Shown here piece after piece: positions 34,036 to 43,193 of a DNA stretch of 64,000 nucleotides. The notes beneath the pieces are model-generated. The model saw only the letters and a list, made by a program, of their open reading frames with translations. It did not search any database and had not been told where the DNA came from. Where the stretch lies: positions 3,392,001-3,456,000 of the forward strand of contig OY761614.1 in NCBI GenBank assembly GCA_963664825.1, given 5' to 3'. Every line of letters begins with the position of its first letter. The first letter of the stretch is position 1. The stretch is from an uncultured Holophaga sp. (GTDB lineage: Bacteria; Acidobacteriota; Holophagae; Holophagales; Holophagaceae). The position numbers were made by a program, and so were the translations under genes.

Positions 34036-36192
34036 ATGCGCTTGGCCCCCTACCTGATTCCCGCCCTGGTGGCCTCCCCGTTGCTGGCCCAGGGGCTCAG
34101 CCTGGAGAGCCTCTTCCACCCGCAGCTGAAGGTGAATTACCTGGCGGAGCCCGCCTCCCAGCTCTCATGGCTTCCGGACGGACAACTGCTGGAGAATCGC
34201 CAAGGGGAGCTCTCCCGCCGGGATCCCCGGACCTGGAAGGCCGAGCCCTTCCTTTCGTCCTGCGCGCTCAAAGAAGCCCTCCTGAAGGCCGGCATCACCG
34301 AAGCTGCGGCCCAGACGGCGTCCACAAAGGGTCCGACCCTCTGGACGAAGGCCATGGACGCCTTCCTGGTGAATCTCCAGGGGGACTTCTTCTATGTGAA
34401 GCTGGACGGGCTCACCCTGCGCCGCCTGAGCTCCGACGGCGCCCCCAAGGACGCGCCCACCTTCAGCCCGGATGGAACCCGGCTCGCCTACCTACGGGGC
34501 AACGATCTCTACGCCGTCGAACTCGCCACCGCCCGGGAGACCCGCCTCACCCAAGGAGGCAGCGAGACGCGCCTCAATGGCCGCCTGGATTGGGTCTACG
34601 ACGAGGAGATCTACGGCCGGGGCGGCCACAAGGCCTTCTGGTGGTCGCCGGATTCCCGCCGCCTGGCCTACCTCAGCCTGGATGTGAGCCGGGAGCCCGT
34701 CCACATGCTGCTCGATGATCGCGCCGACCCTCAGAAGCAGCTGCCCCATCGCTATCCCCAACCGGGGGACCCCAATGCCGAATTGAAACTGGGGGTGGTG
34801 GACCTGCAGGGACACACCACTTGGATGGAGGAACCCCAGGTCGGCCAGGAGAAGCTGATCGTGCAGGTGGGATGGGATCCCCAGGGCCGGCTGCTGGCCA
34901 GCTACCAGGACCGCATCCAGACCTGGCTGGAGCTGCGGCGCTTCCAGGGCACCTCCAGCAGGCTCCTGCTGCGGGAGCAGAGCCCGGCCTGGCAGGACCG
35001 CCTGCCCCTGCCCTGTTTCCTGAAGGACGGGAGTTTCCTCTGGCTCTCCGATCGCACGGGCTTTCGCCATCTCTACCACTGCGACGCCGAAGGCCGGGTG
35101 CTGGGCGCACTCACCGCCGGTGCCTGGGATGTGCGAACGCTGCACGGCGTCGATGAAGTCAGGGGCCAGGTCTTTTTCAGCGGCACGGAGCGCAGCCCCA
35201 TCGGCCTGGACGCCTATTCCGTGGCCCTAAGCGGCCAGGGACCCAACACCCAGCTCAAGCGCCTCACCCAAGAGGCCGGGACCCACGGTGTCCAGTTCAA
35301 CCCCAGGCACACGGCCTTCCTGGATCGCTGGAGCGATGCCAATACCCCGGCCCGCCTTTCCCTTTGCGAGACCTCCGCCAAGCCTCGCCTCATCGAGGAT
35401 GCCGCGACCGAAGCCCTCAAGGCCCTCAAGCTCGGCACCGTGAAGTTCCAGCAGGTGAAGAACCGGGAGGGTTTCCCCATGGAATCCATGCTGATCCTGC
35501 CTCCGGATTTCGACCCTGCCAAGAAATACCCCGTCTTCCAGGAGATCTATGGCGGCCCCCACGCGCCCACCGTGCGCAATGCCTGGGGCCGCACCCAGCT
35601 CTGGTGGCACTTCCTCGCCCAGCAGGGCTATGTCGTCTGGGTCTGCGATAACCGCAGCGCCTCCAACAAGGGCCCGGCCAGTGCCTATGGTGCCTACAAG
35701 CGCCTGGGCCAGACCGAACTGAAGGACCAGCTCGATGGCCTGGCCTGGCTCCAGCAGCAGGGCTGGGCCGATATGCAGCGCGTGGCCATCGAGGGCTGGA
35801 GCTACGGCGGATTCATGAGCGCCTACGCCCTCACCCACAGCCAGGCCTGGAAGATCGGCATCGCAGGGGCGCCCGTGACGGACTACCGCCTCTACGACAG
35901 CCTCTACACTGAGCGCTACATGGGCCTGCCCAAGGACAACCCCGAGGGCTACGAAGGCACGAGCCTGATGAAGGCGGCCAAGAATCTGGAGGGCCGCCTG
36001 CTGCTCTTCCACGGCACCCTCGATGACAACGTGCATCCCCAAAACACCCTCCAGTTCATCGACGCCCTCCAGACCGCGGGCAAGGACTTCGAACTGGTGC
36101 TCCTCCCCGGCAGCGGCCATGGCCCCCGCACCCCCGAGCAGATCTGGTTCCGCTATTGGAAGACCTGGCGGTTCCTGAAAGGAAACCTATAG
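34036..36192 (+). CDS. Dipeptidyl peptidase IV family (S9B) serine peptidase, exported
   Basis: Signal peptide, DWVYDEE, WWSPD, GWSYGG, DDNVH, C-terminal His (GHG). Confidence 0.93.
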   Translation: MRLAPYLIPALVASPLLAQGLSLESLFHPQLKVNYLAEPASQLSWLPDGQLLENRQGELSRRDPRTWKAEPFLSSCALKEALLKAGITEAAAQTASTKGPTLWTKAMDAFLVNLQGDFFYVKLDGLTLRRLSSDGAPKDAPTFSPDGTRLAYLRGNDLYAVELATARETRLTQGGSETRLNGRLDWVYDEEIYGRGGHKAFWWSPDSRRLAYLSLDVSREPVHMLLDDRADPQKQLPHRYPQPGDPNAELKLGVVDLQGHTTWMEEPQVGQEKLIVQVGWDPQGRLLASYQDRIQTWLELRRFQGTSSRLLLREQSPAWQDRLPLPCFLKDGSFLWLSDRTGFRHLYHCDAEGRVLGALTAGAWDVRTLHGVDEVRGQVFFSGTERSPIGLDAYSVALSGQGPNTQLKRLTQEAGTHGVQFNPRHTAFLDRWSDANTPARLSLCETSAKPRLIEDAATEALKALKLGTVKFQQVKNREGFPMESMLILPPDFDPAKKYPVFQEIYGGPHAPTVRNAWGRTQLWWHFLAQQGYVVWVCDNRSASNKGPASAYGAYKRLGQTELKDQLDGLAWLQQQGWADMQRVAIEGWSYGGFMSAYALTHSQAWKIGIAGAPVTDYRLYDSLYTERYMGLPKDNPEGYEGTSLMKAAKNLEGRLLLFHGTLDDNVHPQNTLQFIDALQTAGKDFELVLLPGSGHGPRTPEQIWFRYWKTWRFLKGNL

Positions 36193-36227
36193 CGCCCCAC
36201 CCCGCTCTGGGATGGCGGGAGAGGGCT

Positions 36228-36635
36228 ATGCTCTTGGCCATGACAGATTCGAGTCTTGATTCGAGCACCCGAGGTCGCCGAGCCCGCGCCGCTGGCCGCC
36301 GGGCCGAGCGGGCCACCCTGTGGCTGCTGTGGCTGCGGGGCTGGGACCTGGTGGCCGAGAACCTCCAGCTGGGCCGCTTCGAGCTGGACCTGCTCATGAC
36401 CCGGGGCCTGGAGCTGCGCCTATTGGAAGTGAAGGCGCGGCGCCCCGGCGCGTGGACGGCAGCCGACACGGCCCTCTCCTATGAGCAGCGCCGGAGGCTC
36501 CAACTCGCCCTGCGCGCCTACCTGGAGAGCGTTCCCTGGCCGGGCCAGATCACCTTCCAGAGGGTTAGCTGGGCGGGTTGGAGGTGGTGCTTCCACATCC
36601 CTGAGCGATGGGACAGCTTGAAGATCCCGCGCTGA
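36228..36635 (+). CDS. YraN family (UPF0102) PD-(D/E)xK-like protein
   Basis: GRRAE..LRGW, ELDLL, LLEVKAR. Confidence 0.8.
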   Translation: MLLAMTDSSLDSSTRGRRARAAGRRAERATLWLLWLRGWDLVAENLQLGRFELDLLMTRGLELRLLEVKARRPGAWTAADTALSYEQRRRLQLALRAYLESVPWPGQITFQRVSWAGWRWCFHIPERWDSLKIPR

Positions 36636-36700
36636 CCCCTCGCCCGGGTCCCTGCATGAGGTGAATGGGCGAGGACGTTGACGGTGAGTGCCTGGTGCTG

Positions 36701-36764
36701 GGAGAATGGATCCACCGAGTTGCAGTGATGCGTAAATCCAGGGCACTGGATTTACGCATTTTTT
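36701..36764 (+). promoter_or_regulatory. Leader attenuator resembling the guanidine-IV (mepA/GGAM-1) riboswitch
   Basis: AGAAT..TCCACCGAG (CCACCG at 36712-36717), then a perfect 14-bp hairpin atgcgtaaatccag-ggca-ctggatttacgcat (36728-36759) and a T-run. TTGACG at 36678 is a possible -35. Lies 50 nt before the DUF2798 start. Confidence 0.55.
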
Positions 36765-36814
36765 CTATTCGAGGGCCTTTTCCAGAAGGCTCACGAGATC
36801 TCCCGAGGACGCCC

Positions 36815-37297
36815 ATGCCAAGGACCACATTCCAGAAGGCCATATTCGGAATCCTGATGGCGCTGGCCATGGTCTATGGCATGGAGGTCTACAACGCCGC
36901 CCTCCGCCACGGCGGAGTCTCCAATTCCAGCTTCGCGATCCCCATCCTCGAAATGGTGTTGCTCAGCGCCATCGTGATCGCGCTGGAGACCCTTTTCGCT
37001 CGTCCCCTGGCGAAGAGACTGGCACTCAAGCTCGTGGACCCCCACAAAGACAGACCCATCGCGGTGATCCTGGTATTTTCTGTTCTCACCGTCTGCTGCA
37101 TGTGCCCGATGATGAGCCTCGTGGCCGTCCTCCTGTTCAAGAGATCCGAAGGCGAATGGATCGCCAAATGGATTCAGACCGTCGCGCTCAACTTCCCCAT
37201 GGCCCTTTGCTGGCAGTTGTTCATCGCCGGTCCCCTCGTGCGCCTGGTCTTCAGGAAGATGTTTGCAGTGCAGCTTCAGCCATCCATCCCGGCATGA
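36815..37297 (+). CDS. DUF2798 family 4-TM membrane protein
   Basis: MPRTTFQKAIFGILMALAMVYGMEVYN..MCPMMS..LNFPMALCWQLFIAGPLVRLVF. Confidence 0.8.
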   Translation: MPRTTFQKAIFGILMALAMVYGMEVYNAALRHGGVSNSSFAIPILEMVLLSAIVIALETLFARPLAKRLALKLVDPHKDRPIAVILVFSVLTVCCMCPMMSLVAVLLFKRSEGEWIAKWIQTVALNFPMALCWQLFIAGPLVRLVFRKMFAVQLQPSIPA

Positions 37298-37544
37298 ATC
37301 TCATGGCTCAAAAAGGGGGTCTTCGCGTTTTTCCGGGGACACCTCAGCCAGGGCTGGACGGAAAGGAATGGACGGGCATGGGGATGAAAGCGCTCCTGGG
37401 CACGGCCCTGGCGGGGGCGAAGAACCGGGTTTTCGCACAGTGATCAACCCAGATGCACGCCAGCTGGCCCTGGCCCTGAACGATCCCACTGTTGAACTCC
37501 CCCGCCCTTCCATGCCAGGATTCCCCTCCATCCAAGGAGCGACC

Positions 37545-38054
37545 ATGCCCATGCGCGAAATCCTGCTGCCCGAATTCGATCAGGAAATGGCCACCACACG
37601 GCGATTGCTGGAGCGCGTCCCGGAGGATCGCCTGGACTGGACGCCTCATGCCAAGTCCTTCACCCTCCAGGCTCTGCTCAGCCATGTGGTGGACCTCCCC
37701 GGCTGGATCCCCATGACCCTGGACCAGGACGCGCTGGACGTGGCCCCCGAGGGCCAGGAACCCTGGAAGACGCCCCAGATGGAGACCCAGGCAGCCTGGC
37801 TGGCAGCCTTCGACGCCAACGTCGCTGCGGGCCGCGCCAGCCTTGAGCAGCTCGAGGATGCCCGATTGGCCGATATCTGGGCCATGAAGGCCGGTGCCCG
37901 GGTCCTCTTCAGCGCCCCCAAGGGCGCCGTACTGCGGGGCTTCGTCTTCAATCACCTGGTCCATCACCGGGCCCAGCTGGGCGTCTATCTGCGCCTCCTG
38001 GACGTGCCCCTGCCGGGTTCCTACGGACCTACCGCCGACGAACGGATGATGTGA
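37545..38054 (+). CDS. DinB/YfiT superfamily protein
   Basis: EMATTRRLLERVP, PHAKS..LLSH, NHLVHHRAQLGVYLRLL..PGSYGP. AAGGAG RBS. Confidence 0.9.
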   Translation: MPMREILLPEFDQEMATTRRLLERVPEDRLDWTPHAKSFTLQALLSHVVDLPGWIPMTLDQDALDVAPEGQEPWKTPQMETQAAWLAAFDANVAAGRASLEQLEDARLADIWAMKAGARVLFSAPKGAVLRGFVFNHLVHHRAQLGVYLRLLDVPLPGSYGPTADERMM

Positions 38055-38087
38055 ACCCAGAGCCCTGGGCTGCGAGGGACTGAAGGT

Positions 38088-38112
38088 GCCCCCCGGCGTT
38101 CAGTCGGGGGGC
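38088..38112. terminator. Hairpin between convergent dinB and secretin genes
   Basis: gccccccgg-cgttcag-tcggggggc. Confidence 0.45.
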
Positions 38113-39774
38113 CTAGGGCTCCTTGATCGAGGAGGCCGCCTTCGGTTCCGGCTTCAGGTTCGCCCCGGCCTTCTCCAGGCGTTTTTCCGAACTCTCGCGC
38201 TGGGTGGCGATCTGATCGGAATCCTCGATCAGGGTGGGCGTGATGAAGATCGCCAGTTCCGTGGTGGCCTTGGCCTTCTCCTTTTTCGTGAAGAGGTTGC
38301 CCAGGATGGGGATCTTGCGGATCCAAGGCACGCCGCGATCATCCACGGCCTCCTTGCTACGGATGATGCCGGCCAGCACGAGCGTCTCGCCGCTCCGCAG
38401 CCGCACCACCGCATCCAGATCCCGCCGGTCCACCACGGGCAGGGTGGCGGAGGCGCCGCCGGAATTGCCCACGCCCTGGACCACCAGGCTGCGCACGGTG
38501 ACGATCTCGGAAATGCTCGGATTCACCGCCAGGGTCACGGTGTTGTCGTCGGAGATCTGGGGCAGGATATCGAGCACGATGCCCACGGGCACGATCATGG
38601 GGGTGATATTGACGGTGGTGGAAAAGCCCCCGGCGCCCCCGGTACCCGTGGTCTGGCTGTTCTGCAGGAAGAAGGCCTCCTCCCGCACCACCCTCAGGAT
38701 GGCCTTCTGGTTGTTCATGGTGGAAATGCGGGGAGCGCTGAGCACCTGAAGGCGCCCCTCGCTGGCCAGGGCCGAAAGGGTGGCCGAGATGCGGGCGTTC
38801 TGGATCACCAGCTTGGCCAGGCCCTGGGTGCTGGAATCCACATTGGCGTTATTGGTGGCGCCGGTGGCGAAGGTGCCCAGGATATTCGTGCCGCTCCCCC
38901 CGGAGGCCGCGCCCTTGCTCAGCACGCTATTCCAGTCCACGCCGATCTGGCTATCGTTGCTCAGCGTCACTTCCACGATGCGCGCTTCCAGCAGCACCTG
39001 GCGATGGTTCCGGCGGCGGAGTTCCTGCAGGTAGGATTCCACCCGCTTTTGGGTTCCGGGATCGGCCCCCACCACCACCAGCCCGGAATCGGGATGGATC
39101 ATGAGCGTCTTCCCGCCCCGGGAGAAGGCCAAAGAATTGGGACCCTTGATCGCCGTTCCCCCCTCGGTAGCGCTCTCGGGGCCGAGGGTTTCCCCGAAGA
39201 CCAGGGTGGTGAGACCCGAGCGGATCTCCTCCCAGGGATCGAAACCGTTGCCGGTCTTCAGCGTGGAGGTATAGGCCGAGGAACTGCCGGATCCCTCCCC
39301 GCCGCCTCCGCCTCCCGTGCCTCCGCTCCCCCCTGCACTGCCGCCCGTGGAGCCGCCGCCTGTGGACTGGATGAGCTGGCCCGAGGCGTTCACCATGAAT
39401 TCCTTGGAACCCATCCGCCGCATGGCCAGGTGATCCACCTGGTAGAAGCGGAGGCCCCCTTCGGATTTCTGGATGTGGATGGTGCGTCCGGTCTTCACGT
39501 AGCCCAGGCCCAGGTTCGGCAGGATCTGATCGAGGATCTCCTGGAGGGTGACCCCCTTGAGGTCCAGCCCCTTGATGCGCGTCTCGATATCGGCCTCGAA
39601 GGTGAGGTTGAAATCCGTGTCCTCGGCGGCAGCCCGCAGCAGATCCTTCAGATCGGCGTCCCGCACGGAGAGCGTGACCCGGCGCGGCGAAGCCGGGGTC
39701 CCGCTGGGCGCCTTCTGAGAGGCCAGGGGCATCCCGCAGAGGAGGGGCAGGAGGAAGAGGGCGAGCTGTTTCAT
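38113..39774 (-). CDS. Secretin (MshL/GspD-like)
   Basis: Signal peptide, STN-like domain, Gly/Ser-rich loop, QVLLEARIVEV, GVDW, LSAPRI..MNNQKA, KIPILGNLF, ELAIFITP. Confidence 0.93.
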   Translation of the reverse strand: MKQLALFLLPLLCGMPLASQKAPSGTPASPRRVTLSVRDADLKDLLRAAAEDTDFNLTFEADIETRIKGLDLKGVTLQEILDQILPNLGLGYVKTGRTIHIQKSEGGLRFYQVDHLAMRRMGSKEFMVNASGQLIQSTGGGSTGGSAGGSGGTGGGGGGEGSGSSSAYTSTLKTGNGFDPWEEIRSGLTTLVFGETLGPESATEGGTAIKGPNSLAFSRGGKTLMIHPDSGLVVVGADPGTQKRVESYLQELRRRNHRQVLLEARIVEVTLSNDSQIGVDWNSVLSKGAASGGSGTNILGTFATGATNNANVDSSTQGLAKLVIQNARISATLSALASEGRLQVLSAPRISTMNNQKAILRVVREEAFFLQNSQTTGTGGAGGFSTTVNITPMIVPVGIVLDILPQISDDNTVTLAVNPSISEIVTVRSLVVQGVGNSGGASATLPVVDRRDLDAVVRLRSGETLVLAGIIRSKEAVDDRGVPWIRKIPILGNLFTKKEKAKATTELAIFITPTLIEDSDQIATQRESSEKRLEKAGANLKPEPKAASSIKEP

Positions 39775-40382
39775 GGGGCCTCCACGGCGGATCGGGTCGA
39801 GGGCCCGGAATGATGGAGCGGATTGGTGGAGAGGATGGTCTTGCCCTTGGGGCCCTGAAGCTCGACGGAGGTGGACCCGATGGCCCCCACCTTGAGCGGC
39901 TGGCCGGGGACGTTTTCACCGGAACGATAGGGACGGCCATCGAGCCAGGCCCTGGACCCCGCGGGACCCCGGATCAGGAAATCGAGCCCCGGGGCCGGGC
40001 CCGTGGGAGTCGCGGCCACTAGCGATTTCGGTTTTGGATCGGCCGTGGGCCGGGGCTCATGCACGCCCGCAGGGGCGGGGAGCGCCACGTCCAGGGTGGG
40101 GCTCGGAAGGGCGCTGGCGGTGGAACGCCGGGCCTGATCCCGGAAACCATTCTCGTCGGCCAGGGCGGGAGGAGGCGCGGCGAATTTCCGCAGATCCTCC
40201 CAGAGATCGGCGCCCTCGGTTTTGGTTTGAACGGGAGGCGCTTCGGCCGCAGGCGGGGCCTCCGGGGCCACGGGCGCGGGCGCCGGTGCCGTGCGCAGAT
40301 TCAGGTAGACCACGCCCAGGGCCGCCACACCGAGGAGCGGCAGGATCCAGGCCTTGTTTTTCTCGATGAAGGACACGCTCAC
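39771..40382 (-). CDS. Pilus assembly accessory membrane protein (GspC/PilP/MshK-like position)
   Basis: One N-terminal TM, Pro-rich linker, small beta domain (AWLDG..YRSGE). Overlaps the secretin start. Confidence 0.55.
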   Translation of the reverse strand: MSVSFIEKNKAWILPLLGVAALGVVYLNLRTAPAPAPVAPEAPPAAEAPPVQTKTEGADLWEDLRKFAAPPPALADENGFRDQARRSTASALPSPTLDVALPAPAGVHEPRPTADPKPKSLVAATPTGPAPGLDFLIRGPAGSRAWLDGRPYRSGENVPGQPLKVGAIGSTSVELQGPKGKTILSTNPLHHSGPSTRSAVEAP

Positions 40383-40383
40383 C

Positions 40384-40992
40384 TCAAGGGGCTAAGACGA
40401 GATTTCGCAGGAGGAGATACTGCCGCAGGCCCTTGGGATCGGCCTCCCAGCGCAGGCCAATGGGCTCCAGCAGGGGCTCCATGCGGGGCACATCCTCCAG
40501 GGCCCGGAAGAGCTGGGGTGTCGGCCCCTCCACCCGGGCCTCCAGCACCCAGCCCTGAAGCCGCCCCTGGCTGCCTCCCACCCTGGACAGGGAGGGACCG
40601 GAAGCCAAGAGGGCAGGCAGTGTGAAGCTGCCCTGGATGGGATCCCAGGAGGAGCGCACCCCCGCCAGGCTGATCCCGGAGCGCCGACAGGTCTGCTGGA
40701 GTTCCGTGATCACCCGGTGGTAGTGGCCGAGGCGAGCCCCGTCCTGGGCCACCAGGGGAATCCGGCGCTGCCAAGGGGCCTCGGGATCCTCGAGGACCCT
40801 GCGTTCCTCGGCATTCAGGGGTTGGACGGCGGGCAGTTCCTGAACGCGCTGATCGGCCACCCGCTGCCGCTCCAGGTAGGCGCGATCCCGCTTGAGGGAA
40901 GGCAGCAGGAATAGCCCGATGAAGAGGGCGGGGACGGCGCCGAACACGGCGACGAGGATGGCCCATTCCCTGGACCGGCCGTTCTGCTTCAT
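40384..40992 (-). CDS. PilO/GspM-like inner-membrane alignment protein
   Basis: Single TM, coiled segment, and operon position. Confidence 0.5.
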   Translation of the reverse strand: MKQNGRSREWAILVAVFGAVPALFIGLFLLPSLKRDRAYLERQRVADQRVQELPAVQPLNAEERRVLEDPEAPWQRRIPLVAQDGARLGHYHRVITELQQTCRRSGISLAGVRSSWDPIQGSFTLPALLASGPSLSRVGGSQGRLQGWVLEARVEGPTPQLFRALEDVPRMEPLLEPIGLRWEADPKGLRQYLLLRNLVLAP

Positions 40993-42395
40993 GGCGCCGT
41001 GCCCTCCAGCTTGAAGCGCGTGACGGCCCTCTGCTCGGGCTTGTCCGTGCTGGGATCCACGCGATCGGAAACACTCATTTCCGAGAGGGGCGCCAGGACC
41101 AGCCCCGGCTCATGGGCCAGGGCGCCGACATACTGGGCCAGGGGCCCCACGGAGAAGGCCTTCTCCGTGAAGGCCAGGCCCGTCACGGTGAAGCGATGTC
41201 CCACCCGGTCCCCGGGGATTTCGAAGACTTCCACCTTCTCGAGCTGGATATCCTTGGGCGCTTCCAGCAGGAGGACCCCGAGGCGAGCCAGCGTCCGGGC
41301 GGCCTCCAGCTGCCGACGCTCGGCCGCCCGCAGGCGCAGCAGGGGAATCCGGGCCTGGATGATGCGCCCTTCCTCGGTGGTCCGGGCCTCACGCTCCGCC
41401 AACCGCTGTTCCGCGTCTTCGGCGGCCTTCCGGAAATGCTTCTCCTGGGCCGAGAGGAAAAATCCCCCGGCCAGGATCAGCGTACCCATGAGGCTGGCCG
41501 CGATCCAGACCGTGCCCTGGAAGATCCGCAGCCGGATGGCATCCTGGATCTCCTGGGGCACCAGATTGAGACCCTCCCGCCGCCCCCGCTCCAGGCGAAT
41601 GCCCTGTTGCAGCACAGGCCACAGCTCGGGCGCGAGCACCTGCACCGCCAGCCTCAGGCCCCCCTGCAGGCGGCTGCTGAGCGCCGCGTCCAGCGCCGGC
41701 ACCCCCAGCACCCAGAGGGTTTCGAAGGTGGCGCCCCGCTGCTTCTGCTTGTGGAACTGCAGCAGGCGGCTGACCTCCTCGAAGATCAATTCCGCGGCCT
41801 CTTCACTCGTTTCAGGCAGGCGGAATTTCCGCACCAGCACCAGCGCGCGGCCCCGGAAGATGAGGATATGGCCCTCCACCCCGGGCTCCAGGGCCAGCAC
41901 CAGGCGGTTGGGAGGCAGGGCGCCGCAGGACTCCATGCCGCAGAGCAGGGCCCGCTGGAGGGGAATGGCATGGACCAGCTGGAGGCCCGCAGCCCCCAGG
42001 GCGCCCGCCCAATCGTAGAGATCGGCCTGGGGCACCATCGCCACCCACAGGGAATGGCCGCCCTCCGCGGCCGGGTCTCCATCCAGGGCGGCGGCCGAAG
42101 CCAGGGCCTGACCTTCGACCATGGCGGTGCGCGCCGCGACATCCCGCTGTTCGCGGCGGCTGAGATAGGGCGCGTCCTGGCATTCCACCGTGACGCTCTG
42201 CTGCCCCAGCAGGAGCTGCACCTCGGCGCCAGGGGCGGCCAGCTCCCGGAGGGCCGAGGCCCAGGCCGCCCGGCGTTCGGGGCCAGGCTTCGCTTCCGGA
42301 AGCGTGCCCAGGACCTTGCCATCGGGAGCCCGCAGCAGGGCCCCCCGATCATCGATCTGGAGCGTGAGGGCGGATTTGGGGGGGCGAGGAGACAT
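40989..42395 (-). CDS. PilM-PilN/GspL-like fused alignment protein
   Basis: Cytoplasmic actin-like region (EEVSRLLQFHKQ), one TM, then coiled coil and PilN-like C-terminus. Confidence 0.6.
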   Translation of the reverse strand: MSPRPPKSALTLQIDDRGALLRAPDGKVLGTLPEAKPGPERRAAWASALRELAAPGAEVQLLLGQQSVTVECQDAPYLSRREQRDVAARTAMVEGQALASAAALDGDPAAEGGHSLWVAMVPQADLYDWAGALGAAGLQLVHAIPLQRALLCGMESCGALPPNRLVLALEPGVEGHILIFRGRALVLVRKFRLPETSEEAAELIFEEVSRLLQFHKQKQRGATFETLWVLGVPALDAALSSRLQGGLRLAVQVLAPELWPVLQQGIRLERGRREGLNLVPQEIQDAIRLRIFQGTVWIAASLMGTLILAGGFFLSAQEKHFRKAAEDAEQRLAEREARTTEEGRIIQARIPLLRLRAAERRQLEAARTLARLGVLLLEAPKDIQLEKVEVFEIPGDRVGHRFTVTGLAFTEKAFSVGPLAQYVGALAHEPGLVLAPLSEMSVSDRVDPSTDKPEQRAVTRFKLEGTAP

Positions 42396-42398
42396 GGG

Positions 42399-43193
42399 TC
42401 AGAAGTAGAAGGTCAGGGTTTGGGTTGAGCCAGGAGGCATGTAGAGAGACTGGTACTGATCCGGCTTACTTGGAACCGTCACTTTCACCAGGACTTGGCC
42501 GGGAGGAATCGTGCTTGTAAATGTGTATAGCTGCGCGACAGAAGTAGAAGGCGAGATGGATCTCACCGCTAGATAGTCCGGCACCAAGGCCACCACGGTG
42601 GCCGTGGGCGGAAGGGCTGGTGGCACAGCATTGACGTTCACGCTAAGGGTTCCATTTGAGAAGCCAACGGCCGGAACCGGATAGGCCAGATCGTCCCCAA
42701 GAATGGCGGCACTGTTGTTCGTGTTGTTTACACCATTCGAACCCAAACAAAGAATTTGCCAACCCTGGGCCGGGGCGTTCCGAATGATGTAGGGACGTCC
42801 CCAGGGATCGGTCGGTTGCCCCGCTGCGCTCACGTTTCCGGACCAGTAAGGCCCGCGCCAGCCTCCGCTTAGCATGTCATACGGAGGCGCATAGGCCGCA
42901 TAGGCTCTCACCCTAGCGGGTCGACGCACCAACCATCCGAGGGTGTTGAGGGCACCGGCATACCCAAAATCCGTCCTCATGCACGGGCTCGAAGGGTCCG
43001 CACTCCCGAACAGGGCCGAGTAGATCAGCTTCATTTCACTGCGAGCGCGTTGCTCCCTCTGCTGATTGAGCGCCTTCAGCACGAGGGGCGCGGCGGCGGA
43101 GGCCAGGATGGCGATGATGGCGATGGCCACGGCCGCTTCGATGAGCGAGAAGCCCTCCGCCATCCTGCTTGTGTTCCTACTTGGCCGAGGCAT
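42399..43193 (-). CDS. Type IV pilin/GspG-like prepilin with C-terminal beta domain
   Basis: G|FSLIE cleavage motif, hydrophobic helix, WRGPY, DPWGRPY. Alternative start at 43163. Confidence 0.88.
   Translation of the reverse strand: MPRPSRNTSRMAEGFSLIEAAVAIAIIAILASAAAPLVLKALNQQREQRARSEMKLIYSALFGSADPSSPCMRTDFGYAGALNTLGWLVRRPARVRAYAAYAPPYDMLSGGWRGPYWSGNVSAAGQPTDPWGRPYIIRNAPAQGWQILCLGSNGVNNTNNSAAILGDDLAYPVPAVGFSNGTLSVNVNAVPPALPPTATVVALVPDYLAVRSISPSTSVAQLYTFTSTIPPGQVLVKVTVPSKPDQYQSLYMPPGSTQTLTFYF

Noticed and set aside
37300..37540. Possible gene remnant or small ORF between DUF2798 and dinB
   Set aside because: Only short frames with no recognisable motif or convincing RBS.
39290..39365. GGC/GGA-rich tandem-like repeat
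   Set aside because: It encodes the Gly/Ser linker usual in MshL-type secretins and is not an independent repeat.
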